From Ramazzottius varieornatus (lineage: Eukaryota; Animalia; Tardigrada): a stretch of DNA of 64,000 bases. The translations under genes were made by a program, and so were the position numbers. The notes under the pieces are model-generated. The model saw only the letters and a list, made by a program, of their open reading frames with translations, did no database searches and was not told the origin of the DNA. This document shows positions 1 through 11,772 of this stretch, one piece after another; position 1 is the first letter of the stretch; every line of letters begins with the position of its first letter. The stretch covers positions 2,345,249 through 2,409,248 of the forward strand of contig BDGG01000005.1 in NCBI GenBank assembly GCA_001949185.1, given 5' to 3'.

Positions 1-101
1 TTCCTCCACCTATCGAAATTCCGAAAACTGACCATTCAGCGATCGTTTATCCACCCGGGCTATCAACGAGGCCAGCCAACGAAACGTGCAAGATTGACGT
101 C

Positions 102-150
102 CAAGTGGTGCACTCTTCTGTCCAATAGCAATGAGAACGTGCGCCACTTG
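102..150. repeat. Intronic palindrome family copy (CEP104 intron)
   Basis: CAAGTGGTGCA-N27-TGCGCCACTTG. Confidence 0.85.
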
Positions 151-192
151 TACGGACGATCTTGTACGATCGACTGCCGGCTTTCCACTTAC

Positions 193-2345
193 AGTCTCAT
201 CTCCAAAAACTTCTACGGCGTACTGGAAGCCAGGTGGTAGGTCTGTTCTTGCCTTTCTACCTTTCTGTAAATAATCAAAAACATTAATGTGCTACTTTCA
301 CACATATATTTTACACATATTTTGAGCACCATAAGCTCGGCCACCTGTTGGATCAATGTAGCGTACACACCTTGGTGGTGGTGTTACCGCGGCCACGATC
401 ATTGCCTTTAGGTTCTGCCCGTTGTTTGCGCATCGTTTCGCCGGAAGTTTCCACCTGTGCAGCCGCACTGGGAGGAGATGAAGGGCGGTGATCCGTGTCG
501 TCATCGGCGACGGGCGCTGGTTGGATCGGCCTCTCCACTTCGGTGTTGCTGGAAACAATCCGCTTGCGGGTTTCGGTCATGTAGCGGGAGCTCCCGGAAG
601 TGGTTTTCACAGTTGGACAGGCGAGTTCGACAAGCGTGGTGTTTTGTTCTGGTCGCAGTCGACGTCGACGAATTAAATCTTCCAATCCTTGCAGCTGTTC
701 TTTCTGTAAAAGAACAAATGTACAAGCAAGGTCAGTTTTCCCCTCGTAGTGAACGTACCTCGTAGAAGTGTCCGAATCGACGTGAACGAAGATACCTCAG
801 AGCGAGGACAGTTTGCTCGTACACGGCATACTTGCAGTCTTCGGCTTTCTGGTAGTCTTCCTCCAGAATAGCATCTTCTTTCTTGGCGTCAATAACCCTG
901 ATGTTATCTTCAATCTTTCTAACAAACGAAGGTAGAACAGATTGCAATCTGTATTCCAAATATGGGAGACCGAAAGGTGGGTGGTATAATTTACCTTACT
1001 CAGTCCTTCGATGACGGCCTTCGTTTCTGCTGCGGTCTTGAAGTCCTCACCTAACAAATATCCGACGTTACCAACATAACATAGCAAACAGAGCGTTCAA
1101 ACTGTGTGGAGAGCTCTATTTTGCGAGATAAGCTTTATCCCCAATACCTCTGACAGCCGCCTGTTTGTAGGTTTCAAGGCGGCCCAAAAGTTCAGCAACA
1201 CTGATTTGGGTGGTTTCCCGACGACGCTGTTTTGTGAATGGCGGAGGATCATGTCTTCTACTTCTACCGATTCTGCTCAGCATGAAATCAGTGACGTTTT
1301 CATGTTACAAAAAGGAGGAACGACTACGTGAGAAAAGACAGCTTTGGTAGGTACCTGAATATCTGAGAAATTGTGGGGCCGAAATTGAGGGGTCCTCTGG
1401 ACTTCCGCGTTTGCGGATACCGCGACGCGTTGGGTGGTTCTCGGAAACTTCGAGGGCGGACATTGGGTAGGTACGGATACCTAATCTGTGGAGCGGGCAG
1501 AACTGAATAACGATTTGGATGGTGAACGTTAATTTGGCTGAGGACAACCGCCATGCTGGTTTCCGTCTACAAGAGCCAAGCAGAGACAAAGTTAAACTGC
1601 AAGAGAATTCTTCGACAATCAGAAACCCTTACATTTCGTCCGCCGATGTGCAAAGAATTAATCCCGACTTGGTCGAGTTGGTTGTACGGGCTGGATAGTG
1701 GACAATGACATGATATCTGCAGTAGCCGGGCCAGCAGCGGAGGTTCGAACTTAACTTCCTTCACGAGCGAGTCGGTCGGCCACACGTCAGTACCGTCATC
1801 GGAGAATCGGAACTGTCTACCGAAAAAGAATCCACCTTTTATACTTTAACAGCAAACCGCAATGATGGGGGTCGTGATCTGACTTACGCCACAGGCTCCC
1901 CTTCCGTCGTCGAAATATCGATACCCGAGACCAGTTCATCATCATCAACCGTCGCAATATCCACCAAAGATGCTAAAGGGAAAATAACTGGCGTTTGAGC
2001 TTATCGGATCAGATCTGAAATACGCGGGACTCACGAATTAGGTACTGGTGAGAAAAGAGCTGCAGAGACTCCATCACCGACGTGCTTGAAAGCTCGACAA
2101 CAATATCCACAGGATAAGAAGGGAATCTATCAAAATGAAATTCATTAGATGAACGCCACCAAATTTTAGTTCCAAAAACAAACGTACTCTTCGGATATCC
2201 ACCCACTACTGCCAGGAGTCGACAGGTTGTCGGGAGGAAACTGCTCGGTAAATGAGCTGCAGGACACTACGCGGAAGTTAAGATGGCCCCCACGAGGCAG
2301 CGATACCGAACGAGCTCTACCATACGTCGTATGGACGGCGGCCAT
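193..2345 (-). CDS. CEP104: CEP104-like centrosomal/ciliary protein, multi-exon, 3' end not resolved (probably beyond the left edge)
   Basis: Spliced peptides LNFRVVSCSSFTEQFPPDNL..SGWISE / FPSYPVDIVVELSS..ESLQLFSHQYLI / SPYNQLDQVGINSLHIGG resemble the CEP104 N-terminal jelly-roll domain. RVIDAKKEDAILEEDYQKAEDCK resembles its coiled coil, and AVEVFGDET (exon 242-193) the start of the TOG domain. Start is ATG 2345, or the in-frame ATG 2534. Confidence 0.7.
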
Positions 2346-2567
2346 AATGGGAAGATTCAAATCTGAAACACTTCGTATCGATTCACCATTTTGGAATAAA
2401 ATAACCGACGGATAACAATTGGGAATAAAACGTAAAACGGTGAGGCAGCGCAGTGGTGGATCGTTGCTACGTTTCGCTACAATTTCAACAGGTGAAATAC
2501 CAGTGGCCAAATGGGAACGATCTCCGTCCGCCATTTCACTGTGGGATTTCGGTAAAAGCTCTTGGTA

Positions 2568-3178
2568 CTAGCTGTTTTCAACTTCCTTTGACCTAGGAAA
2601 GAACAGAAAGGCAGGTTGCAGCGCAGAACCGCAAGACCACGTCATAGGCAGATGAGGATTTGGAAGCTGGAGCCAGTCCACGAAATCGTCAAGGCCCGCA
2701 TGACGTCACGGATACGAATTAGCATTACGTACCGCATTGAGACGTCACACACCGCCTGCAAAATAGCTTAGACAGTCTTACCCGCAGTTCGGGCAGGTAT
2801 AGATGACTGTCTGCCCTTCGTCCGCCGACCGAAGCTGTAGCGTCATGTACGTTAGACCCTGATGCTCGCACTTCCGACATTTCTTGTCCGCGATGGGTCC
2901 ATCTGAGACGGTCGCGTGAGCAGCTTCTTCTTGCGCAGCTGTCTTCGTCTTGGCCGGAGTATTGAAATATATTCTGGTGGTCTTCGCCGGTAGATTCATC
3001 TCTAAAAGAAACCAATGAAATATTGTTACAGTAGTCCGCGACAGGTGCTCACGTCCGACTTACTTGCAAGATCCGACTTTTGTCCACATTTTATGCACTT
3101 GAGAAGACTGGAGTTGTCCAAAGGTAAGATCGTTCCACATGCGGAGCAAAAGTTGGGATCATCGGCGAACACGTCCAT
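2568..3178 (-). CDS. POLR1H: RNA polymerase I subunit RPA12 (exons 3178-3064, 3001-2782, 2592-2568)
   Basis: N-terminal zinc ribbon FCSACGTIL...CIKCG. TFIIS-like C-ribbon [37 protein letters not shown]. Both introns are GT-AG and in phase. Confidence 0.95.
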
Positions 3179-3747
3179 CTCTCGTTTTCAAGCTCGGTTA
3201 CTTGATCACACCAATTTTTGCGGGCGCAAGATCGCTGCCTACAAGTTCATCCTCTTTGTGTAGTCGGTAATGAACAAGAAAATCCGGCGGGGAAGGAAAA
3301 CAAAAGGAGGATTTCAACTTTTAATTCCTTTTGAGTCTTGACCGGTTGACCTAGCTTAACTAGCTCTCAGGTTTTGACCAATCAAGAAAAGAGGTTAATC
3401 AAAATGGGCGAGTTCTTGATCGACTCATGAGGCCCTGCCGTACACCCCCGGAACTGACAGATAATTGTCAGAAGAAACGCACCCACGTTCCGAAATCACA
3501 TGAATACCGCGATGACGTCGTATCGATCTTTTCTTGACATCCGGCCGATTTCGTCAGCCGAATCAGGGAAAATTACCCACACGCCCTTGGAGCTCGAGGG
3601 AAAACAAGGGTCACACATTTATTTTCAGTTCGAAAAAACCAGGAAAAAGTGTCTTCGTCAATTCACCGGTTGTCGGTTTCTTCCCTGTTCCGATATTTCA
3701 CCTTTTCTTCCGGTATATGAGGGAGCGGAATTTTTCAAGATTCGATC
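3179..3747. promoter_or_regulatory. Divergent (head-to-head) promoter region RPA12 / eIF2-alpha
   Basis: Start codons 570 bp apart on opposite strands. CCAAT near 3378 and a TGACGT half-CRE near 3513. Confidence 0.5.
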
Positions 3748-5275
3748 ATGGTACTAAAGTGTAGATACTACGCACAGAAGCTGCCGGAAATCGAGGATGT
3801 CGTGCTGGCCAATGTTAGATCCATCCAGGAGATGGGAGCATATGTTGATCTCCAGGAATACAACGATACGGAGGGTAAGTCGCATGGAACTATCTCTTTC
3901 AGTACCGTTCTGAATGTCCTATGTTGCAGGCATGATTTTACTGTCTGAACTCAGTCGCCGACGTATTCGTTCCATAAACAAACTTATTCGTGTTGGACGA
4001 AGCGAAGTTGTCGTCGTAATACGTGTCGATAAAGAGAAAGGTAAGCCGATTGTCCTTATGTCCGTTACGTGCCATGTATCTCATTGTTTTTTCAGGATAC
4101 ATCGATCTCTCCAAGCGGCGAGTATCACAAGCAGACATTGTCAAAGCGGAGGAGAAATTTGCGAAAGCTAAAGCGGTCGGTGGCTGTCAGCTGGTCACTG
4201 GGAACGGTCCTGCTTGATCTTCTACTTTCCGTAGGTGAACAGCATTTTGCGTCACACGGCTGAGGTGCTCCATTTCAAAACTGACCAACAGCTTGAAGAT
4301 CTTCACTGGAAGACGGCCTGGTATTTTGATACTAAATTCAAGAAGCAAGCCGCATCTTACGACGTCTTCAAAGCGGCTGTCACGTAAGTCGACCTGATTG
4401 TTGATTAGTTGGTCCAAGGCAAACAAACCCGTCAAGTTCGTTTTTCAAGTGGCGCGCAGTTGCAGGCTGTGATCCTGTGAACGTGCGCCACTTGGGAATC
4501 AACTTTGCCGAGTTGTTTTGCTGTTTTGCTATTTTGCTCATCTGATTGTTTGTTTGTTACAGAGATCCCACTGTACTGGACGAGTGTAATCTGGAGGAAA
4601 ACGTGAAGGAAGTGCTTCTTAACAATATAAAGCGTCGCTTGACTCCTCAAGCAGTGAAGATACGCGCAGGTGATTTCTACTTCCTCCTGAATTTTGATTT
4701 CGTATCGGACAAATACTATTTCTTTTCGTATACTCATGCTATGGAGTTCACCGTGAGCTAGTGTGAAGGTTTAGAATTTTTCCCAGATGTGGAAGTGGCC
4801 TGTTACGGTTACGAAGGCATCGATGCCGTCAAGGAAGCTCTGCGAGCTGGTCTGACTTTGTCGACCGAAGACAGTCCGGTTAAAATTAACTTGATTGCAC
4901 CTCCGACGTACGTTATGACCACAACCACTCTCGAACGTACCGAAGGGCTTAAGCTGCTAGGAGATGCGTTGAACCTTATCAAGGAAAGGATCGAGAAATA
5001 CGGGGGCAGATTTAGCATTCAAATGGCGGTAGGACATCGAATCAGTTTCCACTATGACCTGACACATCATTTATTATTCTTTTCCTCCATAGCCTAAAGT
5101 TGTGACAGACACGGAAGAGACGGCCTTGGCCAAGCATTTGGAACAGCTGGAACTTGCCAATCGGGAAGTGGCGGGTGATGATGACTTTGAGGAAGATGTA
5201 CCAGCCACGGGTGATGTGCCCGAGGCCGAAACGGAAGAAGCTGGCGAAGGCGACGCAGCCGGCGACAATGAATGA
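3748..5275 (+). CDS. EIF2S1: Eukaryotic translation initiation factor 2 alpha (exons 3748-3874, 3930-4040, 4096-4175, 4235-4383, 4563-4669, 4787-5028, 5093-5275)
   Basis: [30 protein letters not shown] (Ser51 phospho-site intact), [32 protein letters not shown], acidic tail. Confidence 0.97.
4446..4494. repeat. Intronic palindrome family copy (eIF2a intron 4)
   Basis: CAAGTGGCGCG-N27-TGCGCCACTTG; flanks also pair, about 4413-4525. Confidence 0.9.
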
Positions 5276-5523
5276 GGACGAGAGACGAATATGAGATTGA
5301 ATGAATGAGTTTTTTATTGTTTCTTTTTGCTGGTTCATCAATCCATTTCCCGATAAGAGATCAAAAATTGCATAATCTAATGACAAGACTTTGTTTTTTT
5401 CAACAGCAAACTAAGACCAGTAGCTCGACTCCCAACAAACTTGAATTGGTCTCTGCTCGTGTTGGTTTACAGTAAATGGCTGAGTGAAGACCAGCTTATT
5501 TGGGGAGAAGGATGGGTGAAGTT

Positions 5524-6653
5524 CTACTGGAACGGTTGTTTCACAGAGTCGTACGTGTATTGGTTGCTGTCCAAGTTCCCGGGAACCGACGATTTTGGGA
5601 CAGCTTGGGACGACCGATCAGGAAATTTGTGGGAGCTGCTGGAAAGAGCAAGTATGGGCCAAGCCTGTAAAAGATTGCTGTCATGGTGAAAAGTTATGGG
5701 ACAGGAATAGTCAATAAGAGCTGCAAGGCAGGGTCGATAGCAGAGAACTTACCATTGTCATCGGATGCTTTGGTGTCTTCGATGCATCGCAGTTCTGACC
5801 GTCTGGTTCTTCCAAGACCTCTTTTAGGTACGAGATGTAACAAGAGGCGAGTCGGAGGGTATCTAACCTTGAGATACGCAAAACAAAAACGGAAATTTGA
5901 AATTCATGAGTGCATCCGACAACTGAGACGGAGTATTTTGCACCTCTAGCGCTTTCCAAGCAGCGGGCGACTTTTCACAAGAATAATGTTTGACTGTTTT
6001 TGCCTGCGACCATACCACGTAGAATGCTCCCGATCCCGTTCGATCTCGGAAGANNNNNNNNNNNNNNNNNNNNNNNNNNNNNNNNNNNNNNNNNNNNNNN
6101 NNNATCCATGATACTTTTTTGTAAATACACCAACTTCGAAAAACACCAATATGTTAATGTTTAGCGCAGTCGGGTATTCAACTTCGGGTTCTCGGGAATA
6201 ACCGGCAACAAAAAAGAAGCCTGCAACACCCGGTGTTCCCAAGCGGTCACCCATCTAAGTACTAACCGGGCCCGACGTAGCTTATCTTCCGAGATCGAAC
6301 GGGATCGGGAGCATTCTACGTGGTATGGTCGCAGGTAAATGGGTTCAGCAAATTTACCTGCAAATCTACGAGTAGTGGATGCAACCACGATAGGTTTGTA
6401 TAGAGAGCCCGAATACTGTCCTGACTTACTTGGAGAGCTTGGTGTCCGCGGGAACCCAAGGTAGGGTGGTCTTTAGCTTGCAGAAGGCTTTGCTCAAAGT
6501 TCTCATTCTTGATCTTTCCCTAGCGTTCGCTGCGTTACGCTGCACCGGCTTATCGGCGAACCGGGAAGTGGCTTTCCCGTGTGGTGGCTGCTTCATTTCC
6601 CGCCTACCTTTACCATGATTAAATCGACTGATTACCGCTTTCTTCTTGCCCAT
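5524..6653 (-). CDS. TCF21: MyoR/musculin/TCF21-family bHLH transcription factor (exons 6653-6430, 5867-5753, 5664-5524)
   Basis: [38 protein letters not shown]|[14 protein letters not shown] is near-identical to the TCF21/MSC bHLH. Spliced HPMTM|AWPI matches the family's HPVNLTWPF motif. Confidence 0.92.
6002..6053 (+). rRNA. 5S: 5S rRNA gene, 5' part, truncated by an assembly gap
   Basis: GCCTGCGACCATACCACGTAGAATGCTCCCGATCCCGTTCGATCTCGGAAGA followed by the N-run. Identical to the minus-strand copy except at base 1. Confidence 0.9.
6054..6103. other. Assembly gap (50 N)
   Basis: Run of N; the true length is unknown. Confidence 0.99.
6210..6215 (-). terminator. Pol III oligo-T terminator of the minus-strand 5S gene
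   Basis: T6 run immediately 3' of the 5S end on the minus strand. Confidence 0.8.
6218..6336 (-). rRNA. 5S: 5S rRNA gene, complete (~119 nt)
   Basis: ACCTGCGACCATACCACG...GATCTCGGAAGATAAGC...GGTTAGTACTTAGATGGGTGACCGCTTGGGAACACCGGGTGTTGCAGGCT. Helix I ends pair; box A and box C are recognisable. Confidence 0.95.
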
Positions 6654-7317
6654 AATTTCAACAGTGAATCAGAATTCTTCCTGATAATCTAACAGCAAAA
6701 ATAGGCACACGATAATCGTCCTGGAAATGAATTTCTAAAAGCAATTTAGGATATTTCACAGCTTTACACCATACAAGCTCGTTCCTTACAATGAGACGAC
6801 TGTCATCTTTGAAAATTAGCTACTAAATGGTTCTATCAGAAACTTAAAAGGGTCGATCATGACTGGCTGAGATGACATTTAGATCCTGTCAATGAGCTTA
6901 AAATTGTCATGTTTTGATAAGAGATGGCGTTTAGACTTATCATCACATCGGCAAATTTGCGCCAACAAAGACGCTCACCTACCGGGAAAGATCTCGCTCT
7001 TGAAACTTCATCCGTCTGCTTATTCTGCATAGCAGTGAAAACTGCTGGTATCGAAACTGAATGCACCACAGAAGTATGAAATTACAAAAATTTGTAAACA
7101 ATTTGGTTTGCGAAGAGTCGAAGTTCCTCAAACCGTTATTTAAATTCTATCCATTTGATGATTGCCTACTCCGATGGCTCTACTGATTCCGGTTGGAGGT
7201 TAAGTACTGCGCCTTTGTGAAACCAAAAGTTCGTAGGGTTAAAAGCTGTTAGCGCCGATAACAGCAAGCAGGAGCTCGTGAAAGATCAAACTCCCATCGT
7301 CACTACGAGGTAAACGA

Positions 7318-7881
7318 CATAATTCGGGCATATCAATTTTCGCACCATAATTCGGGCATACTGTAACCCTTCTAACATCTTTAGTACGTCACTGGTCTTT
7401 TGCTTAAGAGAAGCATTACGAAGGCAACCGCTTGGTCAGATTACAGTTACGTCAGAGCAACCTCAGCAACAGATAAAAAACGTTGGAAACATGGAAGTAT
7501 CAGCCGAGTAGAGAGAAATGACGGGAAGTAAAAAAGTGTTCAGCTTACATCATCGTCGAAGCCAACCACATTTTCTGCAAATTGAGAAATCTGTATCAGC
7601 TCAGTTTCCGACGGTTCTTCAACTGGCACAAGGAAACAAGGATCAGAAACAAGGATCAGTGGTGAACCGGGATTCTCAAAACGCATTCGGAATTTGGAAA
7701 CTGGAAATTAGCTTATTTCAGCAGTCTATTGTCAGATCTGACGTAACTGTGAGATCACTGTGGTAGGCGTGCTTGAAGCACTGCAAACTCTCTTTTTTCG
7801 CGACATGTAGATTTAACTTGAGTGACGTACTAAAGATGTTAGAAGGGTTACAGTATCGATTTTCGCACCATAATTCGGGCA
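7318..7881. repeat. 28-bp tandem repeat (TATCRATTTTCGCACCATAATTCGGGCA) interrupted by the MITE
   Basis: Units at ~7318-7330 (partial), 7331-7358 and 7854-7881. Confidence 0.75.
7361..7853. mobile_element. MITE (Tc1/mariner-type), 493 bp, perfect 33-bp TIRs, TA target-site duplication
   Basis: TIR CTGTAACCCTTCTAACATCTTTAGTACGTCACT at 7361-7393 and its exact reverse complement at 7821-7853. TA on both sides. Subterminal IR ACAGTTACGTCAGA (7443-7456 / 7737-7750). No coding capacity. Confidence 0.88.
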
Positions 7882-10053
7882 ACGCGAAAGGTTTGAACCT
7901 TACCTGCAACGCCTGATTCATCCCTCATCGTACGTGTGTTGATACAACATTAGGCTTTTTAACATTGGACAGACCCATCTCTATCCCAGGCCGAATTCCC
8001 GTAATCTACAACGCTTTCCCGTTCTCAAACGTATTGAAACCTCGAGGAGAGGGATCAGTTTACCTCAGGAAACAAGAAGCGGTTCATTACGCGCAGCAGG
8101 AGCTGAGAAAAAATATGTCCGAATTACAAGTGAAAAACCCCTATGCCAGAATTATGTCGTTTACATCGTACTGCACATTTTACGCGTTAGCAGTTGTAAG
8201 CAGAAACCCAAACTGCGATACACTGCACCTGCTTTAGATAATGTAGAAGCATATCTGATTAAAAAATAGAATATATTGTAATTACATTCTCGAAGAGCCT
8301 GATGAACATGTTGAGTTTGGTGACTCGCACGCCGTTAGAGACATACCCTTCCACGGACGGCGACACTCGGAAAGGACGGGGTGTCCTTCAAGAGATTACA
8401 TGCTGGGAGGAAGACTCCACGCTCAGCCAAGAGCTGGCTGCCCGCTGTCCAGCGCTAATTCTTGTAATTAGAGAAGGTTTACCTTCCACCCTACAGAGAT
8501 AATAAACAATGATCAAACGCCACTCAACTACCCATTTCACTGTAAGCCAATATACTGTTGTTTGACAAGTGTCATCTGCTGCTTAGAATTGTTACGGTTA
8601 TTGGGTCTTTTAGTATGACTTTGTCGTGCTCGGAGCTCAATTCTCGAGAATTTCTCCCCTACTTCACTATCGAAATTATTGAGTCCTGATAACATTCAAG
8701 AACAGTTATGGACCTTACTCGTTAAAGACAGAGACTTGGGACAGAAGAACTCAGACTAAGTTTTCACCTGCCGCTATCTTATTCTCATAGGATGAATAAC
8801 CTAATGAGAGAAATGATTGGTACGTCGTGAGCACAGAAATTTGACTAACCGACTAGCCCCAGACGACTTCTGAATTCGACTCGCGCAATTTTCGAATACC
8901 GAATCCCGGAAATCCTAGCCGTAAAACCGAGGCGGGTGATGCGCCAATTTAGTGAGGTAGTAATTTTTGATTTGTTTTCATCTTCCCCTATTTTCGAAAG
9001 CTCTGTCAGCAATGGTGTCCGCAGATAGCCCAGACTGGAAGGAATCTGCACAGTTAAAGCCATGTCTGGATCGGAGACTCTAAGACTTTGAGCGACCCCT
9101 TTTTCCCTGTGAATGTATTATTAATATCTTGTTTCCCACCTGGCTAATTTTTCAACTAAATTTTTTTCTCGACTTGTAACGGGCATTTGATAGTACTTGG
9201 CTGAAGACTGTGTTTGCAGTATTTTGGAAATTTCGGAAAGCACGGGCTTCGACAAGAAAAATATAACTAAAGGTTGATATAACTAAGGTTCGAGGAATTT
9301 TACCGTCTGCAGTGCTATTTTTGTATACTCACAGGGCTGGATATTCTGATGTGGGCCTAAAGAACAAACGACAGGGCTAAATTGCTAAGAAAGAACTGCA
9401 GAGCTACTGTATGCTCTCCCGAAATTCACGTACCTCACTGATTCAGACTGTTATGGTCACCGTATGAGAACTCTTTCTCTAGTTTTACACTCTGAATGGA
9501 GTGAAGTACGTGAATTTCGGGAGAGTATACAGTATTGATATGTCAGAGAACCTGTACCAGAGAAAAAAAGTCTTAAGTAGGGCGTGGACAAAATGGCAAA
9601 GTCACATTGAAAGACTCAATATGTCGAATCGCGATCGGTCCCGTAAACTAACCGATGGTCTGCATTTACATTTTAGCAAACTTGAAGTAACAAAGATGAA
9701 AATCTATCACTTCCTGATGGTCAAAGCTAGTCGGCGAATCAGATTAAACAATTCGAAAGTTCTGAATGGCGCGGAGCGTTTCACGCTGCGGTGGCGTCTC
9801 GACTCTCGACACCGAGGCGCCTTTTTGTTCTACTGAGGCTTTTTCCCTGTGTCTCCCGTTGTAGTCTATCCAAAGCTACTGGTTCTTATCAGCTCAAACA
9901 CTGTCTGATTCTGACCAAAGTTCTGATCTAGTAAGCTGATCGACCGGAAGACACTATTCGCACCGGCTTTAGCAGCGTCAAAATACCACACGGCTTGGTC
10001 TGTGAATTCAAAGTGTTCAGGTGGATATTATCCCGAAAGTACTGCAGCTAAGG

Positions 10054-11519
10054 ATGAGGATGACGGGGCTCTGCGTTGTTTTGGGAGTGCTGCTTCTCGG
10101 CTTTGTTGCAGCTGAAGGAAATGTGACTGATGCAAGCACAACAGGTGCGACTGTTGCAAGCACAACCGGATCGCTGGATGGACCACTGAAATGGGGAATC
10201 GTAGCTGCCGGGAAAATTAGCAATGACTGGGCGGCAGCGCTGGCAAGCCTGCCAAAGGAAGAGCATCAGGTACGAATCTCATCCGTGCGCAAGCACATTT
10301 TAGAAATCGACTTATGTTGTGATATAGAATTCTGTCATCTTAATAGATGGTAGCCATCGCTGCACGAGATGCCGGTCGTGCCGCGGACTTCGCCAAAACG
10401 TTCAACATACCGAAGTCCTACGGATCTTATGCTGAGCTCGCCAAGGACCCTAATGTCAACATTGTCTACATTGGAACCATCCATCCAACTCACTACGAGA
10501 TCGTCAAAATGATGTTGGAGAACGATAAGCATGTCCTGTGCGAGAAACCCATGACACTCTGGGTTAACCACACGGAAGAGCTTGTTCAGCTGGCCAGGGA
10601 AAAGAAGAAATTCTTACAAGAAGTATCGTCCATCTTTTTCACTAATGTCAATCCCAGAATATCTGGCTAAGATTCGAGTCGAAGAAATTCAAAGGGTCTT
10701 CTTGGATAAATTGGTCGTTTAATTGCTGTAGGCTGTATGGAGCCGTTTCTTTCCTGCCTACCGAACCCTCCGACAAGTCTTGAAGGAGGAAAAAATCGGC
10801 GAGATGAAAATGGTCTCCGCTGTTATGGGCATCGCCATGCCAAACACGCCACGACTACATCGCAAGCACTTGGGAGGAGGCGCCCTGATGGACTTGGGCA
10901 GCTACACCATCCAGCTCGCTGTTGCTGTTTTCGGAAACGAAATGCCGGAAACTATCAAGGCCGTCGCGACCCTCAACAACGAAAGTGGGTGGAAAACCTA
11001 CCGTCGCCAAACCGTCTCTGTCAGCTCGAAAGTCATCCACTTCGGGTGTCAGGTTAGTTTTGTTTTTTATCCGTAGGTGTGGACACCAACCTAGCCATGA
11101 TTTTGCAATGGAAGAGTGGCGGCATCGCCCAGCTGAGCGCATCTTCCCTCGTCCTGATGAATAACGATGCCATGATATTCGGCACCAACGGTACCATCAA
11201 GCTACCCGGTCATTTCTGGTGCCCTGATGAGATCGTCTACAAGCGCACAACCGAAGGACTGCAAACTCTCAAGCACGAGAAACGAGAGTTCCCAAAGATT
11301 GACCACAAGACCAACTTCAAGCACGGAGCCGGTATGGTCTATCAAGCTCAGGAAGTTCATCGCAGCATCAGCAACGGGTTCCTGGAAAGTCCCCTCATGA
11401 CCCATGACGAGTCCATCTTGTTTGCCAAGATCGAGCAGGAAGTCAAGAAGCAAATTGGCGTAACTTATCAAGACTTGTACAAAGATCAAAAATACTGCGG
11501 GGAAAACTGTAATGTGTAA
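10054..11519 (+). CDS. DHDH: Gfo/Idh/MocA oxidoreductase, DHDH / D-xylose 1-dehydrogenase-like, with N-terminal signal peptide (exons 10054-10269, 10347-10622, 10732-10984, 11077-11519)
   Basis: LKWGIVAAGKIS, VYIGTIHPTH, KHVLCEKP, EAVWSRFFP, GGGALMDLGSY, PGHFWCP, ESPLMTHDES. Preceded by MRMTGLCVVLGVLLLGFVAA-EG. Confidence 0.9.
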
Positions 11520-11772
11520 TCGATTTTGTTAAAGTTAGTTGGTTTGATGGTAAGACGGAACTAGCGTCTAATTCAGGCTACGTACAGTTTTGCGAACGAC
11601 GTCGTGACGCCAGTAAATAACACCTGCACTGATACCAGTGATTGTTTGATTGTCGCCTATTAATGACGGGTAATCTTTGATCGAGGTTATAAATGTTTTC
11701 TTTGGCCTGCCGGGTGATATTCACCACGATAGTCACGTGATTCGCAGAACTGTTTCGAATTGGTTTACTGTG

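Noticed and set aside
5711-5959. ORF-track stop at 5711 as the bHLH C-terminus
   Set aside because: A GTAAGT donor at 5752 splices to the exon encoding the conserved WP motif, so the real stop is 5524.
6104-6209. Spliced-leader RNA or snRNA linked to 5S
   Set aside because: No recognisable leader, donor or Sm-site architecture in the visible spacer, although the gap could hide one.
8953-8962. TGAGGTAGTA, the let-7 5' end
   Set aside because: Only 10 nt match, the remainder diverges, and I see no complementary star arm.
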